A stretch of DNA of 64,000 nt from the human T2T-CHM13v2.0 reference genome, Homo sapiens, in NCBI RefSeq assembly GCF_009914755.1, contig NC_060925.1; one strand, 5' to 3'. The position numbers and the translations under genes were made by a program. Below the pieces are notes generated by a model. The model was not told the origin of the DNA. It ran no database searches and saw only the letters and a program-made list of their open reading frames with translations. Shown here in pieces: positions 27,757 to 46,535 of this stretch (position 1 is its first letter; every line of letters begins with the position of its first letter).

Positions 27757-28639
27757 GTAAGGTGCCCATGTTCACACGGCCTGCTTCAGCCTACGGCGGG
27801 AGCGGAGACAGAGGGTGGAGGCTCCCTGCAGCCTGGGTGGAGGAGGGCATGAGGGGAGGGGCCCCTTTTCCCATCAGAGGCATCTCTGTGAAAGTAGAAG
27901 ATGCCTGCAGCGCTGGGGTCTTCTCAGCAGGCCCCATGTAGTTGTCCGGCATGTATTGAGTATGGGCCACGTGCCCGTGCTGTGCTGGGTGAGGCCCAGC
28001 CCTGGTGGGACCCACAGGCTAAGGAGACACGGGCAGTAATCACATAGACTGAGAAGCCAAGGACTATGAAGGGGGCCATGGGGTTGGGGAGGGGCGGCAG
28101 GAGAGCATGCCACGGGGCTTCTTGACCTGGTTGGCAGGGGTGAGAGAAAGTCAGCTGAGGAAGTAACTGCTGAGCTGAGCTCTGAAGGTTGAGTCACAGC
28201 AGTCACTAGAGGAGAGGAGCACAGGGTGGGGAGCATTTCCTGACAGACAGACTCAGGAATCAGAGGAAGCCGGGGCGGGATGCAGAGAGCAGAAGTGTGG
28301 GAGAGCCTTGCAAACAGGCCTGGAGACATGCGAAGATAGGAGTTCATCCTGGCGTCAGTACACGGTGCCTGCCTAATACCCAATGCCAGCCCACTGCTGC
28401 GTGCCAGGCAGCACCCTGGAGCAGGGAGATGCTGCACTGTCGTAACAGCCCCTGCCTTGAGAGGTGCCTTACGGGAGCAGCCTGGTGACAGTGGCCTGGC
28501 ATACAGGACTCCAGTGACACGGGAGGGGCAAGCTAGGGAAAGATCACTCTGCGGTGGGTCTGGAAGGAGGAGCAGGTGCGCACCCTCCAGGCAGGCTTGG
28601 GGGAGGTATTTATTCCAAGGCCAACTGGTGTGCTGCAGA

Positions 28640-29200
<561 letters not shown>

Positions 29201-29791
29201 AGAAGTAATGCTGATGGATCACACCTGGTGGGGGAAGGCGGACAGCTGGGGCCAGGAGCAGGAGGGACACCTGCAGGGCTGGAAGGGCAGGGGAGGTGGG
29301 CCTCCATGGTTTGTGTTTATTGCATAACCATTTTTATTGTCTACAGTGAGCAAAGTTATCCTATAAACAAGTGTCAGGGACCATTGCACTAAAGAAAACA
29401 AATGAGAGCATTTTGGAAGCTCTAATTTCCTGATCAGTAATGGGTAGACTAATTCCCAGTTATATTTACCTGTTGTAAGGTGAAAGGTTCTTCAGAGGAC
29501 CTCTGTCTTGGTGTTATATGGGCTTTTGAATGTACTGAAATTAAATTCCCTAAAAATCTGTGATTCAGACTTCATACTAAATTGTACAGCAGTGCCCAGC
29601 CCAAGGCCTTGCATTTCTATTTGTTGTTTTCTTTACTCTCTAAGTGCCCAACACTGGTTTTACCTGAGTTTCAGAACTGCCCGCTTTTCTCTGCCCAGGT
29701 TGTAAGTCACCCAGTCCACAGGTGTCCCCTGCTTTCCCACTGGCCACTGATTTGGGGAGGCAGCTGTCCATGTCCCCAGTCCACATCTTAG

Positions 29792-30121
<330 letters not shown>

Positions 30122-31275
30122 TAGGGATTTTTCATTTCTTCTCTTCCCTCTGAGGGACAAGAGCAGGGAGCGGGGCTGGAAGGGTCAGCTTGAGACCAAG
30201 GCTCACAGGAGGTGTGCTCGCCCCTAGGTGGGCTCCAGCCTGTGGAGGACAGTGCAGGGGAGGGTGAGGAGTGTACCGGCCCCAGCGTGGCTGAGCACAC
30301 AGCCTCCAGGCCGAGGACCCAGCTGACAGCTTTGCGCAGTGATGATACCCTCGAGGTGGTTGTGATGACATCAGATTTGCAGAAAAGAAAATTGCTTAAG
30401 GGCCTTGCCCATGGGCGCAAAGCTAGTGAGGACCATGTTTTCCCCCTCCTCCATGCCATTGGGACACCACAGGGTCTGAATCTGGGGCACTAGGGGTGGC
30501 CCCGTTACTGTGAACCACAGCAGTGAAATGTGGAGGCCCTGTAGTCAGTTAACGTGGCCAGATACACATAATGGGGAGACGTCCTGCCGTGACTTCATCT
30601 CAGAGATTTCGCTGTCACGTTAGAGGAGGAGGAGCGTCTGAGCCGTGCGCTTGGCATCTGCCCCTTAGTGAAAACCCTGGGCATGGCATGATTAAGGTTG
30701 ATGCTCCAGTGTCCAGAAGGTTTTCTTTTTGCCCACAAGTATATCAGGGATGGGATGGTGGACCCAGGCTCCTCCACCACCAGACTGCCTTACCTGAGCC
30801 CTGCTGGCCCCAAAGATATAGAAGGCACCCTGGTTCCCTGTGCTCACCTGGACCACTGCCTGCATCAGCTGGGTCAGGGGAGGATGGGCAGCCCCCACAC
30901 CTGCTTCCCAGGGGCAGGTTGCCTGGCGGCTCTGATACCCTTGGTGCCAGCTGCTGAGAACCTTACTGCCATTTCAGTTGAGCCCACCTAGCTCTCATAT
31001 AAATACATGTTCCCTGAGGGCATCTTACCATCCCATGTGACCACTCCAGCCAGACAGGGGAGGCAGCACGGCCTCGGGGCACAGCACTGCTCCAGGAGTC
31101 AGGAGGCCTGCCTTCTGGTTCACTCACTAACAGGTGAGGTGATCTAATGGGGGTGAGAACTTCTGCCCTTAACACCTCAAGAGCTGTTGCAGGACCAGGG
31201 AAGATAATGGGGTGTCTAGCGCCGTTATCCGACTGGTCCTCGAACAAGCTCCTGTGCCCAGGGACTAGACCATGA

Positions 31276-31491
<216 letters not shown>

Positions 31492-31600
31492 GGGACATGG
31501 TGTGCCACAGGCTGCAAGCTGCAGGGAATTTTCATTGGATGCAGTTGTATAGTTTTACACTCTAGTGCCATATATTTTTAAGACTTTTCTTTCCTTAAAA

Positions 31601-31606
31601 AATAAA
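31601..31606 (+). terminator. PSEN2: Proximal poly(A) signal AATAAA
   Basis: AATAAA 110 nt after the stop, preceded by a U-rich tract. Confidence 0.65.
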
Positions 31607-31985
31607 GTACGTGTTTACTTGGTGAGGAGGAGGCAGAACCAGCTCTTTGGTGCCAGCTGTTTCATCACCAGACTTTGGCTCCCGCTTTGGGGAGCGCCTC
31701 GCTTCACGGACAGGAAGCACAGCAGGTTTATCCAGATGAACTGAGAAGGTCAGATTAGGGTGGGGAGAAGAGCATCCGGCATGAGGGCTGAGATGCGCAA
31801 AGAGTGTGCTCGGGAGTGGCCCCTGGCACCTGGGTGCTCTGGCTGGAGAGGAAAAGCCAGTTCCCTACGAGGAGTGTTCCCAATGCTTTGTCCATGATGT
31901 CCTTGTTATTTTATTGCCTTTAGAAACTGAGTCCTGTTCTTGTTACGGCAGTCACACTGCTGGGAAGTGGCTTAATAGTAATATC

Positions 31986-31991
31986 AATAAA
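31986..31991 (+). terminator. PSEN2: Distal poly(A) signal AATAAA
   Basis: AATAAA followed by GU-rich sequence (ttggagtttggtccgttgt) about 25-40 nt downstream. Confidence 0.8.
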
Positions 31992-32492
31992 TAGATGAGT
32001 CCTGTTAGAATCTTGGAGTTTGGTCCGTTGTAAATGTTGACCCCTCTCCCTGCATCTTGGGCACCCCTGGGATAACTTGTGCTGTGAGCCCAGGATGGAG
32101 GCAGTTTGCCCTGTTTGAAGGAACTTTTAATGATCTCGCCTCTCTGCACACATTTCTTTAACTAGAAAGTTTCCTAAGCAAAGGAGTTAGGAGAGCAGGG
32201 TGGCCTGACATCTGCCAGCCCTGAGCTGTAAGGCTGTGGATGCTGAGCAGGTCCCTGGACTCAGTTGTGCACGGTGGCACAGACACTGCCAGGTGGTTGC
32301 CAAAACATCCAGTGGTTCCTTCAGCAAGTGTTCACCCTCTGCAGAAGCCTGTGAGGGCCTGAGCTCAGAAACCACTCTCCTTTCCTTCTCTGGCTTTGGC
32401 CCTGGGCACTGTGGTGGGAGAGTGGACAGTTTGGCTTTGCCTTCTCTGTACATCAATCATGGGTTGCAAAGAGAATCTCAGAAGTGCCTCTT

Positions 32493-32728
32493 CCTGAGCA
32501 CAGTGGCTCACACCTGTAATCCCAATACTTCGGGAGGTCGAGTCGGAAGGATCACTTGAGCCCAGGAGTTTGAGACCAGCCGGGGCAACATAGTGAGACT
32601 TTGTACAAAAAAAAATTTAAAAATTAGCCAAGCATGGTGGCATGCATCTGTAGTCTCAGCTACTCTGGAGGCTGAGGTGGGAGGATCACTTAAGCCCAGG
32701 AGGCTGAGGCTGCAATGAGCCGAGATCA
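32493..32728 (+). mobile_element. AluJ-like, 3' truncated
   Basis: Sense Alu ending at gccgagatc with no tail. Confidence 0.9.
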
Positions 32729-33856
32729 AGCAGGTGTTAGGTATATCAGACAGCTGAGAAGACGCAAGTGTGCCCTGGGGTTCAAACTGGTACCCCTGTC
32801 TCCCTGTTCCAGGAATAACATGAGTGCCGGGACAATGCATCTTTATTATGAGAGGAATGAGAATTGTGTATCTTGACATTTGACAGGAGCTTGCTTTCCC
32901 CCAGGCTGTTTGAGGAAGGGCAGAGGAAAATGTGGTGCCCTAAGAAGGAAGGACAGAGGAGGCCGAACACTGGCGGGTGGAATCCCACTGATTAGTAGTG
33001 CAGGTCAGAGACCTGGGATGGGGGGCATTGCCGTCATGGAAGCCACAGCGGGGAGCGGGTAAAGCAGACAGGGATGGTCCCTGATGGTGACAACTCGCAA
33101 GAGGTTAAGGGGAAAGAAAAACTGAAAAGCTTATTCAATTTGGCAATTATGGCAGTGTTTATCTTCAGAAGAGCAGTTTTAGGGTGGGGTTTCCAAAGAT
33201 GGGATTGGACATATATTTTGAATCATTAAGCTTGAGGTCTTTCAAAGGCCTGGCCAAGGGTTGCTGGGTGGAGACCACATTCAGAGGTAAAGGCAGAAAT
33301 TGGGGGCCCTTAAGTAGACAGCGAGGGAGGAAGAAATGAAGGGGCCTGGTGATGGTTAGGGTGAAATGTTAAGACTGAGAAAACAAGGACATGTGAGAAG
33401 ACGAGGGAAGAGCATTGGAGAGAACAAAGACACTGGAGGAGATGCTACTTGGAGGTCCCCAGAGAGCAGGGAGACAAATGAACCCAGAACACAAATGGCA
33501 AAGAAGAAAAATGAGAGAATTTGTAAAAGACAGCATTCGAACATGCCGAACAAGAGCAGGGTACTGGTGTTCAAACACCTGTATCTCCCCCGTGTAACCC
33601 GTCAACTAATATCTTTCCATATTTGCTCCAGATTTGTCTTTAGAAATAAAACCCACGTTCTGAAGTCCTGTTTGTATGTGGCCCCAGTCCTGTTGCCTCC
33701 GCCTCCTGTCCTGAAGTCGATTTCTGCCCTTCTCATCTATGGTTAGTTTTGTTTTGTATGTTGGCATGTTTTCTTAACTTTACAGAAATGGTATCATACT
33801 GTACATATTTGATAATTTTTTAAAATATTGCATTCTGGAGGCATGTATAAATGTAG

Positions 33857-34166
<310 letters not shown>

Positions 34167-34536
34167 CAGTTATTTTAACTATTGTATAGTGTTCCATTGT
34201 ATGAGTTCTACTGTTTATATGCTATTGATCGACCTGTAGGGGTTTTGCAGTGTTTCTGTATTACAGCTGTGCTGCAGTGAGCATCCCATCACATTGTGTG
34301 GATTTGAGGAAGTATTGGAATTCCCCCAATTGACTGGACATTCCCAATTACCCTCCAAGTATGTGTCTGTTTATCCTTCCATCCGCAATCTGAGAGTTCC
34401 CCAACTCTATAATACTTGGTGTCATCAGACTTTTCATCTTGTCTGATTGGATGGGTGTCATTTCCTTTAGGTTTTATAATTATCTTTTCATATGTGTATT
34501 GGCTGTACAAGGTTCCTTCTCTGTTCATTATTATTA

Positions 34537-34826
34537 ATTTTTTTAGACAGAGTCTCGCGCTGTCGCCCAGGCTGGAGTGCAGCAGCGTGATCTTGGCTCA
34601 CTGCAAGCTCCGCCTCCCGGGTTCATGCCATTCTCCTGCCTCAGCCTCCTGAGTAGCTGGGATTACAGGTGCCTGCCATCACGCCCGGCTAGTTTTTTTG
34701 TATTTTGAGTAGAGATGGGGTTTCACCGTGTTAGCCAGGAGGGTCTCGATCTCCTGACCTCGTGATCCACCCGCCTCGGCCTCCCAAAGTGCTGGGATTA
34801 CAGGTGTGAGTCACTGCGCCCAGCCC
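34537..34826 (-). mobile_element. AluY-like
   Basis: gcaagctccgcctcccgggttcatgccattc and ccgtgttagccagg diagnostics. Confidence 0.93.
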
Positions 34827-37065
34827 AAGTTTCCTTCTCTGTTACTTGTTCATATCCTCTGCCCATTTTTCACTTGGATTTTTTGTCTTACGGATATTTA
34901 AGCCTCTTAAAATATATATTCTGGAGAGATGCTAATCTTTGATTAATTATATGCATTGCAAATGTCTGGTACATTGTGGCTTGCCTCTCTTCCCTGCCTT
35001 TAGGAGTGTTTTGCTGGACCCAAGTAATTTTTAAATGTTAATGTTATTAAATCTATCAGTTTTTTGCTTGTATGGCTTATGCCATTGAATCTTGTTTTAA
35101 GAGATCCTTCCCTACCCTCAAGGTTTTCTAAATTTTTATTTTCATAACAAGATTTTTAGTTCATCTGAAATGTATTTTTATGATTGTATTTAGTAGGGAC
35201 CTAATTTTGTTTTTCTTTGTAACCAGGTGTCCCAGCACTGTTTACTGAACAGTCTCTCCTTTCTCGCTGGTCTGTAGAACTCTCCTGACATATACCAAGT
35301 TTCCATAAGTGGGTGGATGGGTTCCTGAGCTCTCTACTGTTAATAGAACTTGCTCTCTCGCAGGCCAATGCCTCACCAGGTGATTGAAGCAGAGAAACTT
35401 AGGTGGTGAAAGGAGAAGATGGGGCCTGTCCTGAGAGTTTCTGTTCCTGAGATGCTAGAGGCAGAGGGTATGTAAATCTGAAGTTACACTGGATCTCCTA
35501 AAACAGTATAAAGCTACAGAAGTATAATAGTGTGGAATGGTGGTGGGAGTCAGTAAGGGTTAGGTCACTGCAGTGGTTTAAACAAGATGGGCTAGAATCC
35601 TTTCACAGGCACAGGCAGCTTGGAGAGGGTGCAATAGTGCATGGTATCAGGGGTCAGATGCCTCTTTTTCCTTTGAGATCAGTAAGTGGCTTTCACCTCA
35701 TGACCTAGGCTGGCTGCTGTGTGCTAGCCGTCAAGTCACACTCCATCCAGCATGAAAGGAGGTTAGAAAAGGGTGCATTTCCTCTTCTTAAAAACATGTC
35801 TCAAAGTTGCACACAGCACTTTTGCCTATATTCAATTGGCCATTAGTCCCACGGCCATACCTGTCTGAGACTGAGAGACTGGGAAATGTCTTTATTTCAA
35901 GTGGCCATATATCCACCTAAACAAGATAAGGGATACGTGGTTATGGCGTGTCTTTTGGTTTACCAATGCAGATAATGAAGTTACCAAAACAATGAGAAAA
36001 TGGGGTCGTGAGGGATCATGTGAATCACAAGCTGATGTCTTCAAAGACGGTGGAAATGGGCCCCGGGAGGCAGCAGATGACAGCAGTGGGGATTAAGGTA
36101 GACCTCCATCCTGGGGTTAAAATGAGGGGAAGGTGATGGAGCTGGACCAGCAGTCAGAATGGTCAGTGGTTAGGAGACCCTCTGCCCCCCACCGCTGCCA
36201 CCATTGGCTCTCTACAGAATGCCTGCGAGTGGCTTAGAGTGACCAAGGATGAGGTGCAGATCCATGTGCACCCCCCTGCCCCCTCTGTGGACAATTTTCA
36301 TGCCTGACAGCACAGTCTATGTGGATTGCAAGCCGATGAAACTATGCAAAGTAGAAGCATGCCTGCAGTTTGTGATTCGGTGATGTGTTTTATGCTTATG
36401 TGAGTCGAATGGGGCGGCAGGGTCCTGTGGTCACCCGCTGAGAAGGAAGGGTCCTGTAACCACTGCCTTTCTTTCAGCTACTTGAGAAAGGTGTTGTGAG
36501 GGACCGTGGATTTTGGGACAGCTTTGAATGGTGGTAGGGAGGAAGGGTCCGGTCTGAGTGAATGGCCAGAAAGCTGTGGGGAAGCTTTTAGGACATTGGC
36601 CAAGAGCTCCCTGAAGGCAGCCAGGGAGATACTTGTCAGTACATGTGACTAATGGCCAACTGAATATAAGCAGAAGTGCTGTGTTGCTGTGTGCAACACT
36701 GGACACCTTAGGAAGGACCTCGAGACAGTGGTTGTGGACTCTGTAGAGAGTAACAGTGACAGTAGCAAACCCTTACCCAGTGCCAACCTTGTGCTAGGCT
36801 CGCACTAAATGAGTTTACCTTCAATTCTCGTAACAATAGGAGGTAACTACTATTCTAATTTCCATTTTATAGATGAGGAAACTAAGGCACAGAGATCACT
36901 GACTTGCCCAAAATCAAGCAGGGAGTAGTTAGTATATAAGCCCACGGTATGTGGTTTGTAGAATAGGTGCTCTTGACTAGCAGAAATAGGTCCTCCCTGC
37001 AGTGTGTAATTGATAACAAGCATGGGCTGCCATCTTCCTGTCGAGGCCACTCAAAACACCCAACA

Positions 37066-37485
<420 letters not shown>

Positions 37486-37958
37486 GTCTAATTTTAGCTA
37501 TTCATGTGTGTGTGAAGTGGTGTCTCTTCGTGGCTTTGATCTGCATTTCCCTAATGCTGACTAATGACGTTGGGCACCTGTTCATGTGCTTACTGGTCAG
37601 ATATCTTTCTTTTGTTACATTTTATTAAGTTTTAAAATTTAAAGTCAAAGATTTCCCTATGAGAATGACTTTTAAAATGACCAAAAAGGGGAAGATAACA
37701 TTAATTCTTGAAGAGAAGGCCTCTGAGAAAAATACAGTTGTAGCAAGCTGCTACTTTGCAAATGACCCATGCATTTTAATTTTCCCCTAAGGAAGGCCAA
37801 GGAAGAGTCTTATCACCTCAGGGCAGGAGATGTAGGGACTTGGGTCATTTAATAAGAGTGGTAGGTTTGAAAACTCAAACCCAGAAGACTCCTTAGAGTT
37901 TCTCCCAGGAGGTAGGGAAGGGGCCGCATCCATGGAGAGAGGAGGATGTGACTTAGAG

Positions 37959-38290
37959 CAGTGGTCCCCAGTCTTTAGGGACCAGGGACTGGTGTCATGG
38001 TAGACAGTTTTTCCACAGATAGGGGTTGGGGGGATGATTTGGAGCTGAAACTGCTCCACCTCAGGTCATCAGGCATTAGATTCTCATGTGGAGTGTGCCA
38101 CTTAGATCCTTGGCGTGCACAGTTCACAATGGGGTTCGAGCTCCTATGAGAATCCGATGCCACTGATTTGACAGGAGGCGGAGCTCAGGTGGTAATGCTC
38201 ATCTCCACCGCTTACCACCTGCTGTGCAGCCTGGTTCCTAATAGGCTATAGACTGGTACTGGTCCATGGCCTGGGGGTTGGGGACCCCTG
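37959..38290. mobile_element. MER1B-like hAT-Charlie MITE
   Basis: TIRs CAGTGGTCCCCA.../...TGGGGACCCCTG; 8-bp TSD ACTTAGAG / ATTTAGAG. Confidence 0.88.
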
Positions 38291-39199
38291 ATTTAGAGGA
38301 AGTAAGGGCATGGCTTACCGTGGGCCCTGGGGTGTTCTGGGAATGGGGAGGATGGAGAGAAGAGAGGAGGTAGGGAAGACCTCCCCTTGCTCCCCATTTG
38401 GGATTTGGGGAGAAAGTCAGGTCTCAGGCTCAACAGTACCTGATCCTGTACCATCTTCCAAAGGGAAGTCAGTGGGGTTGGAAGGTAGGCAGGGGTTATC
38501 TTCTCTGAGCCACGGCACAAGACAGAAGTTTCCCACCATTCCTGAGGGGGCAGGTGGTAGGTCCCCAAGCAGAGAGCCAGCAGTCCCTCTCTGAGGCCTG
38601 CAATGGAATGGGGTGGGGTGTCCACTGAGCCAAGGGTCTGTCAGTGAGAGCTGGGGAGGCTGGGCTGGCTTGCAAGCACCTGTTATAACCAAACCAGGAA
38701 ATCAGGTTCCGAGTCTTGCCAGCAAGGGCCTACAGCTGCCAGCAGAGATGGACAGCCAGGAGACCCCAATTGGCCACCCAGAGCCACCCTCCTCTGCCTA
38801 CCCCACCCTCCAGTACTCCAGAGCCTACTCGGAGGGGAACAGAAACCTGAGAGGCTGAACACACACACATGGAGAAACAAACGTAGTAAAATATTTGGGG
38901 AATCAGGAGGAATTATTTGTACTATTCCTGCAACCTTTCTATAGGCTTGAAATTATCAAAATAAATTTTTAAAAATTGTAATAACATTCTCATACTAAAA
39001 CACTGAGTTTTTTTCTTTCATTTTTTGATTTTTTCTTTTTGACTCCAGCATGACTTACTCTAACAATGGGTGGTCTCGATTTTGAAATACTTTCTTCTCC
39101 AAGCCTTTCATGACACCCTGTCTCTGTTGGTTCTGAAAATGTTGGATTTTGTCTCAGCCCTTGCTTCTGGAAACAGCCAAGGTTAAGAAAACCCCCCAT

Positions 39200-40030
<831 letters not shown>

Positions 40031-40507
40031 TTTCCTCCTACTCTTCTTCCCTCCTCCTGCTCATTCCTTGGCCATTTTCCAGCTGCTGCTCTGCTTTTAC
40101 CCTAGATGCACATTTTCAGGGCTCAGTTCTCATTCCTCTTCTCTGCTTGCTCCTCCTCTCTTCCCAGTGTGATCCTATCCATTCACGTGGCTTTCACAAG
40201 CGAGTTGCCTTCCCCAGTATCCCTCCTAGCAGATCCTGCTGTGCTCAGGGTGTCCTCCTGCATATTTAGCACTGCTCACCTCCCAGGGTCCTGGGCACTT
40301 AGGAGTGGCCATGTGACTCAGCTCTGCCAAAGTCTAGTGCTTGGGTCTTCCAGAAAAGCTATTGTTCTCCTGGTTTTAAAGGCGGGGAGGGGCGCCTCAG
40401 CCATAATCTGCCATTTTTTCCTTGCATGGGACACAGATGTGATGCTTTGAGATGTCACAGCTGCTTAGCGACCACCAGGATGAAAGCCGCAGGCAAAGCG
40501 TGTATGA

Positions 40508-40866
<359 letters not shown>

Positions 40867-41126
40867 TGGTTTTCTTTTATGTTATTAATAGAAACCCCTA
40901 TCTGGTTAAACTATTATAGTTGGGTTTCTAGTACGTGCAGCCACATGCAAGCCTGACCTACCTTTCAGTCAGACATCTCTGCTCACTTGGTATCTCTTCC
41001 ACTTAGGTGTCTCAAAACACTGTTCTTCTCTCCCACCAACACCCCAAATCTGCTCCTCCAGTGTTTAACACCCCCAAAAAGCTTGTCTAAGTAGTTTCTC
41101 CAGAATTCTTCTTAGAAAGGGAGCTA

Positions 41127-41493
<367 letters not shown>

Positions 41494-43149
41494 TCAGAAA
41501 ATTAAATGAATAGATACACTGCTTTGTATTGGAACAGGATTTTGAGGCTAGGGGATGTAAGGAGAAGAAAGTGTTTCTTGTAGCTGGATATTGCAATAAT
41601 TTCACATCTGTTTCCAGGTAAATAAGCTGGGAGCAGAATTCATCCCTTTTCTCTTGTAGCAATGCAGCCATTCGTTCCTCATTGCATTCCTCATTATCTT
41701 GGGATGCATCTTAAGCAATGGCAACAGAGTTCTCCAAAGCTTCATCCTTGGTGGGAATAGCGTCTCCATCCCCGAGTCACAGGTGGTGGTTTTCTCAGAC
41801 ACTGCATCATCACAAACCATGAACTTTCACCCCTGCATGGGACGGTGATCACTCACCCCCTCCCACAAAAGGACATGGTGCCATAGTCACTTACATATTC
41901 CTTCTGAGGGTATGTTCTGTGCATCCCCACTGCTGGTACCAAATCTGCCTGCCTTCATTGGATTAGAAGGAGCAGAAAGCCACTTAGACTGCCTTAGGGA
42001 AACACAAGATTATTACGCACCTGTTAAATATATTTTTCTATTTATAACTCTCGCTTTTTAAAAGGGTCCTGTTTGGTGGCTTTTCTTCTACTAAGCACAG
42101 GGTCTGGTTAAGCAAGGGGAGCTGAATGTCTCTGTATGATAATACTTGGGGAGGGATTTGGCCTCCACTTGATATAGAAGGAAAAGGAGCCAATAGGAGG
42201 CAGGTGGCCACATACTATGATGTAACCTCGCCCCCAAGAGCCCCCAGAACCTTTGATCAGGTCAGTCCAACTCTGAAATAGTGACTATTCACAGAGAACT
42301 CACAGAGTCAGGGATGTGGATTTGATTCTTACTCATCCATCTTGCTCACCATTCCCTGTGCCTTGAAATCTGAATATTTGAGTCTTTATTCAGATCTTGG
42401 AAATTTTCTCCCCTTATTTATTTTCTCTGTTTTCTCTTTTTGAGATTCCCTCAAGACTGGTGTCAGATCTCAGAACTTGTTTTTTAGTGTCTCTTCAGTG
42501 TTGTCTCCTACTCTCCATCCCTTTGTCTTTTCCCTGCTCTGTATGCTAGGATTTTTCTTCTAGCCTTTTTAGATTTTATTTTTTGACAATCTTGTTTGTT
42601 TTTTTTTTAATTTCCAAAAACTCATGATCTTTACTTGCTCCTCTCTCATAGCTGTTATTTTTGATGGAGGCAATATCTTCTCAGCTCTTACTGAGAAACG
42701 AGTAATTCTTGAAAGGTTTTCTATTTGATTAATTGTCTCAGTTTTCTTTAGCCTTTTTGTTTATCTGTTCATCTTAGGTCCTTTTATTTCTTATATAACT
42801 CTTTGAAAATGGCTGATGATCCTTGCTTGACTGTTCACATTTATGAATGAAGAACTAGACTAGGTGTCTGGAGTTACTTTCCTTGGCAGATGTCAGTCTG
42901 GTGGTGGGTTAAAGTATTATCCAGTAAATATTCATTCCCTTGCCTGCTGGCCTCATGAGGGAAGCCTGATCCCAGGCCATGTCCTCTCACCCCTCTTCGG
43001 TGTTCTCTGTGGTGCATGGGAACTGCCTGCACTCAGTTCCTGTTCAGCTCTGCTGCTGGGGGACCAAATTGAAACAGGACATGCCCCAGTTTAGCCAATG
43101 TCACCCTCTACTAATTACCATCTCATTCAGCTAAGAAAATGTATCTTCC

Positions 43150-43789
<640 letters not shown>

Positions 43790-45434
43790 TTATAGTGACA
43801 GTTTCCTAGCAAAACAAAAGAGAAACATAATAAAATGTGTGGGAATTTGGTGTCTAGAAAGCTAAGTTATATTCTGCTATCAATAGCCATAACCATCTGG
43901 TCAGTTCACTTCTGTGGGCCTGTTTCTCATATTTATAAAGTGAAGGGTTTAAAACACATTCATGATTCCCAAACTAGGGATTTGGAGAGTAGTAAAGATT
44001 ATCGAAATAGTCTTATAATAGTTTTTAAGAGCTATGACAAGGCCACTCAAGCTATTAGCTGATTACTGCAGGGAATGGAGGAGTGGAGCAGAATATGGTG
44101 CCGGGCAAAGAACACAGAACTCTTGGCATGTGGAAGGTGGGCCCTGGAGCACCTGCTGAGCTCCCCGCTCAGCCCCAGCTATAGGACCTTCAGCCGACTG
44201 TCCCAGGCTCAGCACCATGTGCCTTGAGGGTAGGGCAGAGGGGCTTAGGGGGCTCAGCCAGCAGTCACCACAGATGTAATCTTCCAGGGATATGCTCTGA
44301 GCTTGGGAGGAAATTCACTTCTTCATGCCGGGGAACGTATGACCCACTTTGGTGTATTCCAGGCAATGTGGAGATACAGAAATGAAAAGACTCAGTTCTC
44401 AAGGGGCTTGAAGTCTGATTCGCTGAAATAATTTTTAGTTTCCAGAACCACAAGACAGACCCAAGAGGGCTGTGTTGGCAAAACAAATGGCAGAGTGGAG
44501 CTGGCCAGAGGCATCTGTGCGTGGCGACTCCAAGAGAGCACCCGACTCCAGATGGCGACACTGCAGGATGGAGCGGGGCATGCCTGCAGACAGGTGTCAG
44601 GTGCGAAAAACAGAACAACCGGACGCTTCTGGCTGCAAGGACCTGAAGCCTTAGGGGGTGATATTGGTTAAACTGAGGTAGGCCTTGTGTTAATAGGGTC
44701 TCCACCTGACTTTGTCAGTTTATTTTCTCACTGACAAGAAGTGGAGTAGGGTGGCTCTGGGTTTGATTTATCCAGCAGTTCAATTCCATCTTTGATTTTT
44801 TTTTTTCCATTCTTTCCATTTTCCTCTCTGGCATTCTTTCCTCTCCCGCATTCTCACTTACATAAAGCCAAGTGCAGGGGGAGAGAGAGGAGAGAGACTC
44901 TTCCTGTGTCATTTTTTTAAGGTCAATGAAAACCATTCTTAGGAGCCCCTGGGCAGATTTCTCCCTGAATCTCATTGGCCAGAACTGTGTCACATCCCCA
45001 TGCCTAAGCCAATCACTGGCAATGGGTGTGGGATAGTTGTGGCCAGCCTGGACCCATCAGAATGTAACCCTGAGTCTCAAGGGGGAGAGTGGATGCCAGA
45101 ATGAAATCAGAGTTCCATCCACTTTCCATTAGAAAGAAAGGAATGGGAGAGGAGCAGAGAAGGCTCCAGACAGACAACTAACAGTGTTTGATACAATAAC
45201 TTTCTTATGTTTCTGTAACTTAAGGTCCATTTTGTCTGTTGCTAGCATATATAATCTTAATGCCTGCTAGATTCTGTTGTTTACACTGTCCTCTTCTCCC
45301 TGGAGTAGTACCGAGGGTGAGGGAGCCTGTGGCCTCTGTAATATCAGGACATAGAGGATAGGGTTGCCGGGGGGCACATGTGGTCCCTTGATTGCCACGT
45401 TTCTATTTTGGTTTCTTTTCTTTAAAAGAAAACT

Positions 45435-45733
<299 letters not shown>

Positions 45734-45734
45734 C

Positions 45735-46535
45735 TAAAAAAATTGTTGATTGTGGTAAACACATAGCATAAAATTTACCATTGTAACCATTTTTAAGTGT
45801 ACAGATAATAGTGTTAAGTATATTCATATTGTTGTGAAACAGATCTCCAGAACTTTTTCATCTTGTAATATGAAATCCTACACCCATTGAACAACTTCCC
45901 ATTCTCCCCTGCAACCCCCACAAGCCCCTGGCAACCACAATTCTATTTTCTCTTTCTATTAGTTTGACTACTCTAGATACCTCATGTAAGTGGAATCATA
46001 CAGTATTTGTCTTTTTGTGACTGGCCCTATTTCACTTAGCATAATGCATAATGTCCTCAAGCTTCACGCATGTTGTAGCATGTGACAGGACTTCCTTCGT
46101 TTTTAAGGCGGAACAATATTCCATTGTATGTTTATACCATATTTTGTTCATCTAATCCTCCATCAGTGGACATTTGGGTTGCTTGTACCTCTTGGCTATT
46201 GTGGATAATGCTGTTCTAAACATGGGTGAGCTAATATCTTTGAGATCCTGCTTTCAATTTAGATGTATGAGATTTCTGGGTCATAAGATTTAATTTTTTG
46301 AGAAACCACCATGCTGTTTCTTTACAGTGGCTACGTCATCTTACCTTCCCCCCAACAGTGTACAAGGATTCCAATTTCCCCACATCCTTGCCAACATTTG
46401 TTATTTTCTGGTTTTTTTTGATAGTGGCAATCCTAATAGGTGTGAGGTGGTATCTCATTGTGGTTTCATGAGGTTTAAGTTGAGCATCTTTTCATATGCT
46501 TTTAGACCATTCGTATATATCTTCTTTGGAGAAAT
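45735..46535 (-). mobile_element. Old L1 (L1MB-like) 3' end
   Basis: Antisense L1M 3'UTR motifs (aaatttaccatt.taaccatttttaagtgtaca; gtaagtggaatcatacagtatttgtc). Confidence 0.85.

Noticed and set aside
44198-44220. CTGTCC-caggc-TCAGCACC, RE1 half-sites in non-canonical arrangement
   Set aside because: Order and orientation do not match RE1; a single occurrence is plausible by chance
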